Positions 48,001 to 59,763 are shown, numbered from the stretch's first letter. The stretch: 64,000 nucleotides of DNA from Hydrolagus colliei (GCA_035084275.1 CM068762.1:8370001-8434000); one strand, 5' to 3'. Translations and numbers: made by a program. The notes: generated by a model from the sequence alone, not told the origin.

Positions 48001-50861
48001 ACAAATGACTGCGATTTGGTTTTATTTATGTACAGTAGACACCAGCAAATTTAAAGGTGGATTAGTAGATGTATTCTCAGTCCCACATCAGATATCTGGA
48101 AATTCAGTTTTATATTTCTGCAGTCTGTGACCATGAGTTTCACAAAGAATATTTTCCAAACTGGCCCAGATGCATGGGCACTAAATTAAATCTTCCACCG
48201 TTTGATGAATGTTGGGCTTTCATCACCTGGTCAGTGGACAACCTACAAATTGACATGATTTGAGTGGATTGAATAATATTAATTACTTATAAGCAAACAA
48301 TTGTAAATTCTAAACTAAGGTTGTTGGTTTCTTGCCTCTACAAGTGTGTTAGTTATGTTCTATTCTGAATTTAATTTGGTGTTGTATTTCCTCTACGCAG
48401 CGGCTTGTCTCCCCCTAAACGTAGTCGAGGAAAGCCAGCTCTTGCTCGCCCATACTTGCTCGACAATGGGGACGGATCGTGTGGGGATTATAGTACTTCA
48501 GGTATGTTGCGTGTAACTTCAGAATTTTGATTCCCAGCATAATCAACTGTAGGGATGGATTCAGCAGAAAGGAATGCATGTTCACCAGCCGATCATAATT
48601 GAATTTAATGTCTCGCCTTAATTGTGTTGAAATGTATCGGAGCCCATCAACACATGGGTAAATATTTGGCAGGATTTTTATATGCCATACAAATCTGTTT
48701 ATTTCCTCAGTTGAATTTGATGAAGTGTATGTACTGGTATTGCTATTTTATAATGTGACCTTGAAAAATGCACTTCTATACTAATATTATACTTATTATA
48801 TTTGACTAACCTCATATTGCACCTAAACACAAACTGTGGTTAAACAATAATAAATTGGTCACTTCAATCCACGAGTGTTTGTGGAACACTGCTGTGCGCA
48901 ATTGGCTGCTGTGTTTCACCCTCAAATATACAGTCAGTTCACTTTACAATATATTCTGTGAAGCGCTTTGAGCTGTGTAGAAGATGTGAAATGCAAGGGT
49001 TATCAAATGCAAGGATTATTATTCTGATTGTTGTAAAAGCAACAATTGCAGGTTTTTAAAGCAAATTAAATTCATGATTATAATTAATAGTTCAGTCCAC
49101 GACTGTTTGTGGGACACTGTTGTGCGCAATTAGCTGCCACATATCGCCAATAAAATACACAGTTAATCTACATAGAATGTGTTCCATGAAGAATTTATAG
49201 ACACCCCAGAGATGTAATAAGGTGCCATATGTCAAATGCCAATATGATTATTATTAAAATCACAAATAAATATTTTCCATTGTTTTACATAGGACGAGGA
49301 GTTTGGACACCCTTTGAGAATGATGCTATCTTGGAGCCTTTGGAATTAGTGTGGGCCAAATGTAGAGGATACCCTTCCTATCCAGCACTGGTAAGCTTAG
49401 AATGAATTTACTTCTCCATTACAAGCTTTTGAAAGTGGAACACAACATGTCTGCCTTCCTCAAAATAACAGTTGCCTATATCAAAATCATTGTAATAATT
49501 TGGTCCTTGAACAGTATTAAAATTTGTTAGCGTTTTCCTGACATTTTCATAGCGTTTTTAAGTTTTTTCAGCAATAATTATTCAGATTTTATCTGGCCCA
49601 TTTTGGTGTGCAAAATACAGTAATTTTTCATTTAGCCTGCTAACTTTGCTTGCTGTAATTAAAAGGATGTCATTGATGTGGATGAATGAAAGTGATTTCA
49701 GAGCAGATTTCTATATGGTTAAGGTTTGCAATGCTGGACATCTGGAACAATTTGGTGGCATTTGCTTTTCCATATGGCAGTTTTCTGTTGAACTGAATGT
49801 TATTTGTTTTTTCTAATTTATCTTCTGCCATGTCTTACTTTATAGATCATCGATCCTCACATGCCTCGAGATGGCCTATATCACAATGGGGTCCCCATAC
49901 CTGTACCTCCAATGGATGTAATAAAACTAGGGGAACAGATGCAGGCGGAAGCTGGAGAGAAGCTTTATCTTGTTTTGTTTTTTGATAACAAAAGAACTTG
50001 GTAAGTGTGGGGAGGAAAAGCCTGATCCTGAAGTAAGCAATTGTGTATTTGTGTGCACTTGCCTGATTTTACATTGGGCAAGGAGTGTGGACACTAGTCC
50101 ATGCTGATAAACTCAGCTCTGGGTAAAATTAAGAGTCGCCTTCAGAGAGATTTTATGCCTCCTCCATTTAGTGTATGTGACCAAAGCGTTTGTACCAAAT
50201 AGAATTTGAAAACTAGGTTCCAAATTGAGTGTAGTGACTATTCTATTTGTAAACAAAAGTGGTGGTCAATTTATGCACAGCAATGTCCAACAACAACAAA
50301 ATTCCATTTGTATAGAGCCTTTCAAAAGGTCAGAAAGCGAGTGATCAATTTATGTGAAGGATTGTTGGCGCAGGACACTGGAAGAAACTCCCATTTTTAA
50401 TTTGTGCCTTGGAATCTTTCTTCCTTATCTGATGAAGAATTATTGGTCTAGATTTGGTGTTTTGCACTCAGAATACAGACTTTATAATATATCATGTGAA
50501 GCGCTTTGAGACGTCTCGAAGACATGATGAGGCGCTGTATCGAAGGGAAGGATTATTATTTTTATGATAACAAAATTGCAAGCCCAAATGCTTCATTTAC
50601 TAGCTTGCATTACAGAAATGAAATAATTAACTGTGGTCCAGTAATGCCTGTAACCTCTGAATGCGTTCCATTAACAGGCAGTGGCTTCCCCGCACTAAAT
50701 TACTTCCTCTCGGTATCGATGATACGGTGGACAAATTGAAAATGATGGAAGGGCGCAAATCGAGCATCCGAAAATCTGTTCAAATTGCTTACGACCGAGC
50801 GATGATCCACCTGAGCAGAGTACGTGGAGAACACAGTTTTCTCACCTCAAACTACATGTGA
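28678..50861 (+). CDS. BRPF3: Bromodomain and PHD finger-containing protein 3 (scaffold of HBO1/KAT7 acetyltransferase complex), complete CDS, 1181 aa
   Basis: 12 coding exons join in phase (3546 nt): 28678-30056, 35225-35381, 37867-37998, 41465-41593, 42319-42631, 42947-43210, 45576-46109, 46437-46536, 48401-48501, 49293-49390, 49846-50000, 50678-50861. N-terminus MRKPRR...[23 protein letters not shown] and C-terminus [13 protein letters not shown] match BRPF3 rather than BRPF1/BRD1. Confidence 0.95.
31793..32070 (-). mobile_element. Full-length short SINE
   Basis: Reverse-complement tail, body and A/B boxes. Confidence 0.9.
32273..32985 (+). mobile_element. Internally deleted Tigger/pogo (Tc1-mariner superfamily) DNA transposon
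   Basis: TIRs CAGTAAAGGCCCGTTTATCCG / CGGATAGACGGGCTTTTACTG (19/21 match), TA after right end; internal [21 protein letters not shown] resembles a Tigger transposase N-terminus. Confidence 0.8.
33430..33542 (+). mobile_element. SINE 3' fragment
   Basis: Family tail. Confidence 0.75.
35225..35381 (+). CDS. BRPF3: BRPF3 exon ([13 protein letters not shown]...RNAEQ)
   Basis: aacag| ... |gtaaaa; [18 protein letters not shown] motif. Confidence 0.95.
36455..36790 (+). mobile_element. L2 3' fragment with duplicated tail
   Basis: L2 3' UTR followed by two gggacgtcc...gtgaaagg stem-loop tails. Confidence 0.8.
36877..37085. repeat. Compound TC/TG microsatellite (tctctg / tctgtcccag units)
   Basis: Directly visible low-complexity repeat. 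Confidence 0.9.
37867..37998 (+). CDS. BRPF3: BRPF3 exon (KEQDEK...[25 protein letters not shown])
   Basis: tcacag| ... |gtaata; EPC-II helix. Confidence 0.95.
38208..38512 (-). mobile_element. Full-length short SINE
   Basis: Reverse-complement family match. Confidence 0.9.
40490..41107 (+). mobile_element. Degraded L2 3' end with a full-length short SINE (about 40679-41000) nested in it
   Basis: L2 remnant before (ctctggaactcc...tttcaaagtcc) and L2 tail after (tgaaaggccctatacaaatgc...ttgttg) flank an intact SINE. Confidence 0.75.
41465..41593 (+). CDS. BRPF3: BRPF3 exon, start of bromodomain ([10 protein letters not shown]...[10 protein letters not shown])
   Basis: tgcag| ... |gtaagg; this frame is not in the ORF track but is open for 43 codons. 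Confidence 0.94.
42068..42190 (-). mobile_element. SINE 3' fragment
   Basis: Reverse-complement tail. Confidence 0.8.
42319..42631 (+). CDS. BRPF3: BRPF3 exon, bromodomain core ([17 protein letters not shown]...KYNA...FSWED)
   Basis: PDY, PMD and YN (conserved Asn) bromodomain motifs; caag| ... |gtaggc. Confidence 0.96.
42947..43210 (+). CDS. BRPF3: BRPF3 exon ([14 protein letters not shown]...SVER)
   Basis: tttcag| ... |gtatga; phase consistent. Confidence 0.94.
43380..43505 (+). mobile_element. Deu-domain remnant
   Basis: ggatgagatgtt...gatggatgttaaagatcctgtggcac...gtgtcctggtcaa. Confidence 0.65.
43745..43985 (+). mobile_element. Degraded L2 3' fragment
   Basis: [12 protein letters not shown]...FRSHL remnant and tail. 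Confidence 0.65.
44757..44916 (+). mobile_element. SINE 3' half
   Basis: Family body and tail. Confidence 0.8.
45576..46109 (+). CDS. BRPF3: BRPF3 exon ([19 protein letters not shown]...[19 protein letters not shown]...TEL)
   Basis: cacag| ... |gtaata; BRPF-conserved GRRTSVLF motif. Confidence 0.92.
46437..46536 (+). CDS. BRPF3: BRPF3 exon ([33 protein letters not shown])
   Basis: ctacag| ... |gtaacc; NGFGKH..ES.SDSECS motif as in BRPF3. Confidence 0.9.
47051..47434 (+). mobile_element. Longer variant of the short SINE with an extra internal segment
   Basis: A/B boxes and tail as in the family, plus extra sequence at about 47165-47240. Confidence 0.8.
47577..47925 (+). mobile_element. Full-length short SINE, same subfamily as 843-1187
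   Basis: Shared variants gcaagctggggagacc, ccgcgattcgccc, gggacgtcgataagatgtg. Confidence 0.9.
48401..48501 (+). CDS. BRPF3: BRPF3 exon ([34 protein letters not shown])
   Basis: acgcag| ... |gtatgt; [11 protein letters not shown] motif. Confidence 0.92.
48845..49255 (+). mobile_element. Two tandem SINE 3' halves
   Basis: Family body and tail present twice. Confidence 0.75.
49293..49390 (+). CDS. BRPF3: BRPF3 exon, PWWP start ([33 protein letters not shown])
   Basis: [17 protein letters not shown] motif; catag| ... |gtaagc. Confidence 0.95.
49846..50000 (+). CDS. BRPF3: BRPF3 exon, PWWP ([22 protein letters not shown]...[11 protein letters not shown])
   Basis: tatag| ... |gtaagt. Confidence 0.95.
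50678..50861 (+). CDS. BRPF3: BRPF3 last coding exon ([60 protein letters not shown])
   Basis: taacag| acceptor, TGA ending at 50861. Confidence 0.95.
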
Positions 50862-51700
50862 CTGTTTTTTAAAAGAAACCAAAGTTGCGGAAGGAGATTG
50901 TACAACGTGACATCAGGCGTCAGACGAAGATCCTTAATTTCTCCACATTGTGTAAAAAAAACACCTAAATTTTTCTTTTATTTTTCATACTTTTGAGCAG
51001 ATGGCCGAAAAGCCCTCTGTCACTGCCAATTCTGAAATGGCCTTTTTCTGTTTCGTTCTTGCCACGTTTATTCATTTAAACCTAGATCATGCTTTAAATC
51101 TCCGCAGTACAAATCTTGTTCATAATGTTTATAATGCCTTTTGTGCGGAAGTTAAGGGGGGGGAAAACAACCTGTACATAACTGTATTATATTGTTAAAC
51201 ACTAAATTATTTAAGGCTGCAGATCTCAAAATCTTTAGCTTCTCTGTGATGGTAATGGGTTTTGTATGCACACACTGTAATTTATTTGAGAAACAATACC
51301 ATTTGACGTTTGAAAGTACTTGTTATGACAAAATGCAGTGGACTTGTGAGCTGTGTATACTGTGTCGTACAAGTTTAAAACATTTTTATTATTACATTTT
51401 ATGATTTAGATTTTAATGTATTCAGGCTGTTATATCAATGATGTTGACATACCTAGGGACCTAACAATTAGCTGTGTGTCCACTGTGAAACACAAGATGT
51501 TCATGTTGTATTTATTGCAGAAAGTAAGATTATTTGCTTTCTAGAAGCGTTTATAAGAAGCTGTAATAAGAAGGAATTATGAGAATTGACACTTGCAAAC
51601 TGTACTTTTACCTCTGATCTATTACAATCCAGCTGTCTGAGGGTATATTTTCTCCTGAGAATTAAATGTGATGAACTAGAAGCTATAGTTTCTGATTTCT
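50862..51700 (+). other. BRPF3: BRPF3 3' UTR (extent uncertain)
   Basis: U-rich, repeat-free stretch after the stop; Pumilio-type TGTACATA at 51173; ATTAAA at 51661. Confidence 0.5.
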
Positions 51701-51864
51701 AATTGTCAGTTTTCAAACTAGGCCAGTTTCAATAATTGTTAGGCTTTTCAATTTGCCATTCCTGCCCACGAGGGAGCTGTTCTTGTCAGTGTTACGTCAA
51801 TCAAATCATTACAAAGGAGCACTTTGCTTAGAATATAATGTTTAATTCTTGATTTAGCAATAAT

Positions 51865-51980
51865 AATTGTAATAATAATAATCCCTGCATTTGATATGGT
51901 GTCTTAACACGTCATTGAGGTGTCTCAAAACACTTCACAGAATATATCGTAAAGTGGATTGATTGTATTTTGTTGACAAA
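51865..51980 (-). mobile_element. SINE 3' fragment
   Basis: Reverse-complement tail. Confidence 0.75.
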
Positions 51981-52063
51981 ATGCAAATTGTGGACAACTA
52001 AATCTTCATCAGAAGATGGAAAAAAGCAATTCAATATCATATACTGTATCTCCATTTGGCCAG

Positions 52064-53215
52064 TGTCTGCTGCGTTCGACACAGTCGATCACACCATCCT
52101 CCTTCAACGTCTTTCCTCCCACCTCAACCTTCAAGGCACAGTCCTTGACTGGTTCCATTCTTATTTGACCCAACGTTTACATTTTGTTTCTTCCAACGGT
52201 TTTTCTTCAAACCCCCGCACAGTTTCTCACGGCGTCCCCCAGGGCTCTGTCCTCGGCCCCCTCCTTTTCACCCTTTACACGCTCCCTCTGGGCGACGTCA
52301 TCCGCAAACATGGGGTAAATTTCCACATGTATGCGGACGACACCCAGTTGTACCTTTCTGCCTCATCCCTCAACCCCCAGACGATCGATGTTCTGACAGC
52401 ATGTCTGTCCGACATCGAATCCTGGACGAGGGACAACTTTTTGCAATTGAACGTGAGTAAGACCGAGGCCCTCCTGATCGGCTCAAGCCAGCGTCTCCGC
52501 ACATCGGGCGCTGCCAGCCTCAATATCCAAGGCTGTACTCTCCACCTCACAAAACCAATCAGGAACCTCGGCATCATGTTCGATCAAAAACTTTCCTTCC
52601 TCCCCCACTTCCGCGCCTTGACCGGCACCGCTTATTTCCACCTGTGCAACATTGCCAGGCTCTGCAACTATTACCCCCTGCGCTGCCGAAACACTCGTGC
52701 ATGCATACATCACCTCACAGCTGGACTACGGAAACTCTCCTCGTCGGCCTCCCCAGTTCCTCCATTCACAGGCTGCAGGCCATTCAAAACTCTGCAGCCC
52801 GTGTACTATCCCGCACCCGCCTCCGCGACCACATAACCCCCACCCTCGCCCGTCTCCACTGGCTCCCCATCCTCTAGAGGATCGAGTTCAAGATCTGGCC
52901 TGCTCCAAGCCCCCCGCCCTAACCGCCCCACCATCAGAGGCCGGGCCTTCAGTTTCTTCGCTCCCACCCTATGGAATGCCATCCCTCAATCCCTCCGTTT
53001 CGTTTCTTCCCTTTCCTCTTTCAAGGCCGGTTTGAAGACTTTCCTCTTCGATTGTGCCTTTTGTTCCACCCCGAACTCTTTTACCTCCCCTTCGTGTTTC
53101 ACCCCTTCCCAAACACTCCCCTCTCAGCTCGGGTCACACGCCTCCTGTGCAGCGCCTTGGGACGTCCTTCCGACGTGAAAGGCGCTCTATAAATGTAATT
53201 TGTTGTTGTTGTTGT
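52064..53215 (+). mobile_element. 5'-truncated L2 LINE (RT domain fragment, disrupted)
   Basis: [35 protein letters not shown] motifs; frameshifts downstream; stem-loop and (TTG)n tail; flanking AGTGTCT direct repeat. Confidence 0.95.
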
Positions 53216-54448
53216 AGTGTCTTTGCTCCTGAATACCATGTTAGCAAGTCAATAACTTAAAAACCTCTGTCCCAGATTGTGTCATCTCATCAAACTTTTT
53301 TTCTTTCAGAAAGAGACATTTGGAACAATCTGTACGTCCTGTTCCTTCAAAGCGAACATTTGTCATTATCAGTTTCCAAATAGCAGAACTTTGTTGCAAT
53401 GAAATGACAAAAGTAGGTTCTCAAAACATTAGAAATATATTTGCACCGTGCCAAAGTTGACCAAACATGTGGTACTGGAGTACAGTGCACAGTTAGAAAC
53501 TGGGCACAAACATTGAAATATCACAGATGTAAATTAAGAGAAAGATTATTTATATCTGCATCATTTATTTGGTAATTGAATAGTTACCTTATACAGTAAT
53601 GATGATGCACATCGAAACATTTGCATGTTTTTTTTAATGAGATGCACAATCTTTATTCTTATGGGTATTTTTCTAGAGTTTTTGTAGTACTTCTCTGAAG
53701 AGAAAACCAGCAGTTTTTCTGCTGGTCTGGCCGACAATCCCCCGCAACGAAAAATTTGGTAATGCTTTCTAACCCCAACCCCCAGCCTGCCTCCCCCGCC
53801 CCCATCCCACCCAAACAATCACTTACAAACCTATTACAACGATTTAGTCAGATTGTGATTGTAAATGGGGAAAATTACTCACTGAAAGTTGTGTTTGTGT
53901 AGGGTTTGTACCGCGTCTCACATCTGACCTAGAGAGGAGTTACAATCAATGTATAAAAGAGCCATAGTAAAGTGTGCAGCTAACAACGATCATGGAATGA
54001 CAAGCACCACTCCCCCACTGTTCCTTTGAGTTTTCCGAAGGATCCTAGTTACTAGGGAACGTTGGCGACAATGAAATCCAGTGAGAGCCTTTGCCTCGAG
54101 CAGTGTAGCAGTACTGAGTTGTGGTGCAACTGACAAAATGCCAGATTAGACCTCATTTATTTGTACCACTTTTTATACAGTTATTTTAACATTGGTGCTG
54201 TGATGTATCTGGACAGTAACCTAATATTAAAATTGTGATGTGCTTACTCAATGGCCGGTTTGGGTAAAGTTTGCACTACCTATCAAACACAAAACTCACG
54301 ACTGTGAGATGGATAGTTATTTGTTGGGTCAGGGCAAGAGCGAGTAATTGGACTTGAGGTATGGAGCAGCCATGAGTTTATAGAATGACAGGACATGCTC
54401 CAGAGACTGAATGGCCTCTTCCTGTTTCTAAAACCATACATGAATGTC

Positions 54449-54760
54449 GAGGCCTGTAGCTCAGTGGTTAGAGTATTTTCCTTACAACTGAGATACCTGG
54501 GTTTGATTCCAGGCAGATCAGGGCGAAACCTTGGGCAAGTTTCCTTACTCCATACGCCTGATAACAATCCCTCAAGAGAAAAAACAATACTAGGTCATTT
54601 CAATCCACAGTGTTTGTGGGGCACTGCTGTTGTGCGCAATTGGCTGGTACATTTGCTCACAAATAAACAGTCAATTCACTTCACAGTATTTTCTGGGAAT
54701 CATTTTGTGACTTCTAGAAGATGTGAAAAGCGCTATAGCAAATGCGAGGATTATTATTAT
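54449..54760 (+). mobile_element. Full-length short SINE
   Basis: A/B boxes, body, tail. Confidence 0.88.
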
Positions 54761-55579
54761 TTACAATATATAGCATTTTTGCCGCTCTTTTCAATTGGAG
54801 TAGCATCTTGAGAGTCTTAACAGTGCTCCGTAGCTTGACACTGAGCTAGAGAGAGGTTGAAAAGGATCGTCTTTCATGTGTGATCCGATGAAGCCGAAGA
54901 AAGAGGCAAAGTGGAAGGATTGAGGCAGGGAGTTCCATGGACCTGGTCTGTGCTGAATGGGCAGCAATTGGAAAAACTTAAAAATAGTCCCTTAAAAGTT
55001 ACTGGATGATTCAAATAACCAGCTCGTTAGTGGCATTAACAGCTAACCAATCCAACACTGGTTAGCACATCTCCAAATGAGCTCAGTTGCACATGTAGTG
55101 GTTGCCTCAACTCCCACCCACCCCTTCTCCATGGTAATTTTAAAGCAATATTTTGTTTCCAGCCTGATGCTCCATCCAACATAAAATCAGACAGGAAAAG
55201 GTATGCTTCAGATTACAAGGTTAAATGGTGATTCGGGTTGTAATGATTGCAAATAACTGACTAGCCTGAGGTCACCATTCTCTTCCATGGTTAAAGAAAA
55301 TCATCAGTGGAGACAGGTGAGTGTGCTCTGCGCTTGTTTCCATTTGAAGAATGATTTGATGCATCCAACTGACTAGATTTCTGTGGTACTGCTTGATACC
55401 AGTAGATGGCTGCATTGTTCTGCTGTTGTGCCATGTCCAGAAAGATCATTTAGAATACAAATTCCTCATTTTCATCCTTAAAATATGCCTTTAATGTTAC
55501 TTAAAATATACACGTAGAGCACTATTGGCTACGTCAGTGTGATGGAGTACTGTGTTCATGCAGATTCTTACAATTATAT

Positions 55580-55840
55580 GCTTTACAAGCTAGAGACCTG
55601 GGTTCAATTCCCGGCAGGGTGAAACCTTGGGCACGCCTAATAATAATCCCTCAAAAAAAGTAACATTTGGTCATTTCAATCCACGATTGCTTGTGGGACG
55701 CTGCTGTGCGCAATTGGCTGCTGCGTTTCGCCCATAAATATACAGTCAATTCACTTTACAGTATATTTAGTGAAGCGCTTTGAGACGTCTGGAAGACATG
55801 AAAAGCGCTATATCAAATGCAAGGATTAGTATTATTATAT
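55580..55840 (+). mobile_element. Short SINE (5' trimmed)
   Basis: B box, body, tail. Confidence 0.88.
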
Positions 55841-57219
55841 GTTTGCCAAGGAGTAGCATTGGGAAGCAATCAATGATACATTAATAAGGCTCATACAATC
55901 ATCTAACAGTGCAAATTTTGCCAGGTATTGAAAGGCCATCAATGTGTCACCTTAAGGCAGCAACAATTCAACAGCTCAACTAGAGCTGAACAGTCAGTTA
56001 AGGTAATTGGATTTTTTCTTAGTAAATAGCATGCTCGGAAACCATCCCAATGCTTAAGTGCATCAAAATCAAAGTAATTAGAGCTCCACATATCTAGAGT
56101 TTCAATTTGTCTGGTACGGAGTTTGTAATTCTCCCCTAGTGGGATGGGGTCTGTATATCTAATCCCAGAGAATTTAGATGCAGTTTGTCAAGAGCCAAGT
56201 CTTGGGACACCCCAGGATATAGAATACACTTGGATATTGCTGGAATTTAACCAGAGTAACAGAGCACCGATAGGCTTCCCGTTGTTTGTCTAGTAGGACC
56301 ACCTTACTTGTTGGGGCTTTGACTTGCAGTTATCAGGAGCCAATTGGGAAGAAGCCATGCTCTACCCCTCAAAGTCCCAACAGCAAACCAGGCAAGCTGG
56401 TTCATTGCAAACAGTGCCCTGGAAAACTAGACCTGTCTAACTCAGGTAACAGACAGCTGAGATTACCGCAGAAGTGTAATTAAATTCTTATCCGACATTA
56501 CCTTCTAGCATCTTAGAGCCAACTTAAGTCCCCAAAAGATCCTGCTTGCCCTCTGCAATTGCAACTCGCCAATTAAGCCTGAATTGAGTTTGAAAGCCTT
56601 CAGAGTTCCGTTTAACAGCACAAATTTGAGTTGTTGTTCCTTGTGTCTGCCAATCTCCTGAAATGCATTGTATTGAAAGCCTGTTCTTGACCCTGACTGT
56701 TCAAAGATACTGTTTTGTTTTTTAAAAAACACGAACGCAGTTGAATGTGAGCAGTTTAGGTAACGGATTTTAAAAAGTAACAAATTTGCAGCAACCACTT
56801 TGAAACCACATTCATCTTTTTATCAGATATAATAGTGTAGACTTGCTGCAAAAACAAATCCTCTTTCCCCATATCTCTTGACAATATTTCCACCTCTAGA
56901 ACAGAAGAATGCCTGATGTGTGTGCGCGTATGTGTGCGTGGGGTGAAAAGATAACTTTTCACATTGCAGAAAACGGATTGACATTTAATTATACTATGGT
57001 TGGTTTGAATTCCTCCAAGCAAGGTTTAAAGTAGACACGATATCACTTTAGGAATTATTCCCAAGGGATAAAAGGGGAACATGATGTATAATAATAATAC
57101 TAATTATTATTATATTATATTTATTTATTACATGATTTGAGGGATGATTGTGAATATTCTAACCTGATTGTCAGCTGGACTCAGTTGGTAACACTCATCT
57201 ATGAGACAACCATCATTCA

Positions 57220-57450
57220 ACCTCTGTGCCCCACCCTTTGGAACTCCATTCCACATTCCCTTCGCCTCGCTCCCTCCCTCCCTTGCCTCCTTCAAGGCAC
57301 GTCTCAAGACCCTCCTGTTTGACCGTACCTTCGGCCACCCTCCTACCTCCACCCCCCGTGTCCTCCACTCTCCCTGATCACAACCCCCTGCTCGGGTCCA
57401 AATCCCTAACTGTCCAGCGCCTTGGGACATCGTCCTGATGTGAAAGGCAC
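57220..57450 (+). mobile_element. L2 3' fragment
   Basis: [16 protein letters not shown] remnant and tail stem-loop. Confidence 0.8.
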
Positions 57451-57549
57451 TAGTGATAGCTAATGTAAGGATTATTAGTATTATACCATTACTGAGTGTG
57501 TCTGTGATTTTGGTGATGGAGGTATTGAGATATTTAATGTTTCTCTTCA

Positions 57550-57692
57550 ATGCTATTTGTGGGACACTGCTGTGCGCAATTGTTTCGCCCCCACATATAT
57601 ACAGTCAATTCACTTTACAGTATATTCTGTGAAGCACTTCGAGACGTCTACCAGACATGAAAAGCGCTTTATCAAATGAAAGAATTATTATT
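57550..57692 (+). mobile_element. SINE 3' half
   Basis: Family body and tail. Confidence 0.8.
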
Positions 57693-59099
57693 AGTATTTG
57701 AAGGAACTCCTTAATAAATGGTACATCTCTACACCGCCCTCGGTCTTATGATGAACAGGGCAGTGGCTTTTAAGACGTTACGTTGAGAGAACAGAGAGAA
57801 CAGTCGTTGCATTTCTTACCAGTACAAATATATTCTGTTAACATTTCCTTAAGCTTATGGAAGGAGTCAGGATTTCAAGCCTTGCTGTGTCAAGTATGAG
57901 AAAAACTCTCACTACAAAGTTATTGAAAGTACACTCAGTAGTCGGACATTTTTATTCAGCTCTGCTGCTCTGCTATCGACTGAAGCAGCCAGCCGCATTC
58001 ATGAATTTAATGGAATTTAATCCTTTGAGATAGAGGCCAGAGCACTGTGTAATGTTTCTGCCTTGTTATTTTTGACATGGAAACTGCTGAATTTGAACCC
58101 GGTTGTCAGACTCTGAATCCGACGGTGTCTTTATCAGGGTTTTTAGTAATCATGGCTCTTCAAGGCCGCGCACTGTATTATGGTAAACAGACTCGCTGGA
58201 ACGCATTCGTTTGTATTCAATAATTGGAGGTGCTGTGTTGAATCTGATCCTCTTAATTACTGACACATGAGGTGAGTTGTGGCGGCAGAGATACAGCAAT
58301 TTGCTGGAAGCGGTGTGCGATGGCATACTAAGAAAAGCCTCATTATTGTTTTCTCTCGGGATTAGATGGCAAAGGCTTTCAGAAGGATGCGATGTGAAAG
58401 AATCCAATGAAGAAATAACACAGGTGCCAGGAAAACTATATTGGACCAGTGAATTGCCATAGCCATCTTCAATTTTGTTTCAGAGTAAAGACTTGTTCTT
58501 AACCTCAATGCCCAAACAGTTCAAGAATTTTCAATTAGTTGTGAAATGATCCCCAAATCAAGGTATTTGAAATATAGCTAGTCAAGTAGACTCCTTTACT
58601 GTTCATCAGCAGCTGGTATGGCCTCAGCTGAATAATATAGGTAGCAATTCTGTTCTCCCTGGATTTAATCTGCTTGCTTCCCCCCACCCCTCCCATTCTC
58701 ATTCTCAGGCTTATTTGTGGCTCCTTAAGATAAGAAGCTTGTTTAAAGGCTGCTCTGCATTGGTGATAAATCCGCTGCCAACCTTAACCTCATCTCGCTT
58801 GACACAATTGCGTTACAGATATTTGGGCAGAGAGATCTCTGCTTTGATAATCGTGTTAAAACTGAAATATACAACCACTTAAATCACAGCATTGAAGGAG
58901 CATATTCGAACACTGAATAAGGACTGCTCTTCCGTCCACAAAATATACAGTCAATTCATTCTTTACAGTGTATCGGTGAAGCGCTTTTGAGACCGAACGA
59001 CTTGATACGAGGCTATATTCAAAGGCAAGGATTATTATTAGCTTTATGGAAGAATTGAACATGAGAAATCTCACCATCAATGCCCCTTTATTATTCAAA

Positions 59100-59520
59100 C
59101 GGATATTATTAAAGTGAATGGATTGTGTTCAAATCCTCTCCCTCCCTGGCACTTCCCTACGTGTCTGATCTCCTCACTCCTCAATCCACCACCTGGCTCC
59201 TCCACTCGACTGACACTGATCTCCCCTTCTTCCCTCACACCCTCTGCCCCACCATCAGAGGTGTTGCTTTCAGCACTGAAAGCTCCCCTCAAACTCTGGA
59301 ACACACTCCCTCAATTCCTCCCCCAAAACATTGCCCTTTCTCTCCGCTTTACTAAGCGCTCTGAGACGCTGTCCGGCGTGGAGGGCGCTATATAAATCGA
59401 AGTTGTTGTTGTTGTTGTTATCAAGTCCCACCTGAAAACCTTATTCTTCAACCTTGTTCTCGGTTACCTCTCCCCGCCCTCTCTCCGCCCGCACGCAACT
59501 TCGGCTCAGAGTCAAACAGT
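59100..59520 (+). mobile_element. L2 3' fragment containing a second L2-type tail (about 59350-59420)
   Basis: Host L2 resumes at tcaagtcccacctgaaaacc after the inserted tail; insert nearly identical to 7818-7881. Confidence 0.75.
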
Positions 59521-59539
59521 GTTACTGTGGAGGACCTAT

Positions 59540-59763
59540 ATAATAATAATAATCTATGCATTTGATATAATGCTTTTCACATCTTATCGACGTCTCAAAG
59601 AGCTTCGCAGAATATACTGGAAAGTGAATTGACTGTATATTTGTGGGTGAAATACAGCAGGCAATTGCGCACAGCAGTGTCCCCACAAACAGTGGTGGGT
59701 TGAAAATGACCAATTTTTATTATTGTGTTTTTGAGGGGGGAGGGGATGGATTATTATTAGGCG
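59540..59763 (-). mobile_element. Short SINE 3' two-thirds
   Basis: Reverse-complement family match. Confidence 0.85.

Noticed and set aside
51970-52836. 288-aa reverse transcriptase ORF as a novel or domesticated RT gene
   Set aside because: 5'-truncated L2 copy; the ORF start lies in unrelated flank, and there are downstream frameshifts, a LINE tail and a TSD.
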